Assembly: GCF_006345805.1 (NCBI RefSeq)
Contig: NC_043004.1
Coordinates: forward strand, 87,110,001 to 87,174,000
Length of the DNA: 64,000 bases
DNA from: Octopus sinensis
Lineage: Eukaryota
Direction: 5' to 3'
Both the position numbers and the translations under genes were made by a program. The number at the start of each line of letters is the position of its first letter. The first letter of the stretch is position 1. The notes beneath the pieces were generated by a model. That model did no database searches. It saw only the letters and a program-made list of their open reading frames with translations, and was not told where the DNA came from. Positions 63,790-64,000 of this stretch are shown here, one piece after another.

Positions 63790-63930
63790 CAAACCATAAC
63801 CTTCAACTGGTGCTTTGTTTTATTGATTCTGAAAGAATAAAGGCAAAGCTGACTTCTTTGGGATTTGAACTCAGAAAATCAGAACATATCCCACAAAGTA
63901 TTTTGTCCTATGCTTTAACAATTCTGCCTA
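63790..63930 (-). mobile_element. Decayed SINE family D
   Basis: AAGGCAAAGCTGACTT..GGATTTGAACTCAGAA. Confidence 0.7.
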
Positions 63931-64000
63931 TTTGTCATCATGATGAGATCTAACATAAAAGTTTTCCTTTTATACATATTCATAATTTGAGATAGAGTTG

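Overview
This is AT-rich eukaryotic (metazoan) genomic DNA that looks intronic or intergenic and is dense in repeats. The tRNA-headed SINE families, (GAT)n-tailed SINEs and huge TA/TG/CA microsatellite fields resemble Octopus (coleoid cephalopod) genomes; that assignment is my recognition, not a database result. I could not identify any protein-coding gene. The ORF track is almost entirely microsatellite or transposon artefact. Well-supported content: RTE-clade LINE relics, a Jockey/L2-like LINE relic, a CRE-like LINE relic, mariner and maT (DD37D-like) transposons with TIRs and TA TSDs, several MITEs, and three Penelope-like element (PLE) pieces. Each PLE piece carries a hammerhead-ribozyme-like motif; the best is on the minus strand at about 20.16-20.21 kb, with a palindromic stem III. 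Other leads, all unproven: a candidate recursive-splicing site (long pyrimidine tract + TAG|GTAAGT at 16887/16888), three CpG-enriched promoter-like patches (about 5.2, 28.3 and 54 kb), scattered candidate small exons on both strands, and closely spaced inverted SINE pairs that could form dsRNA. Repeat boundaries are estimated by eye (about +/-10-30 bp) unless a TIR or TSD is given.
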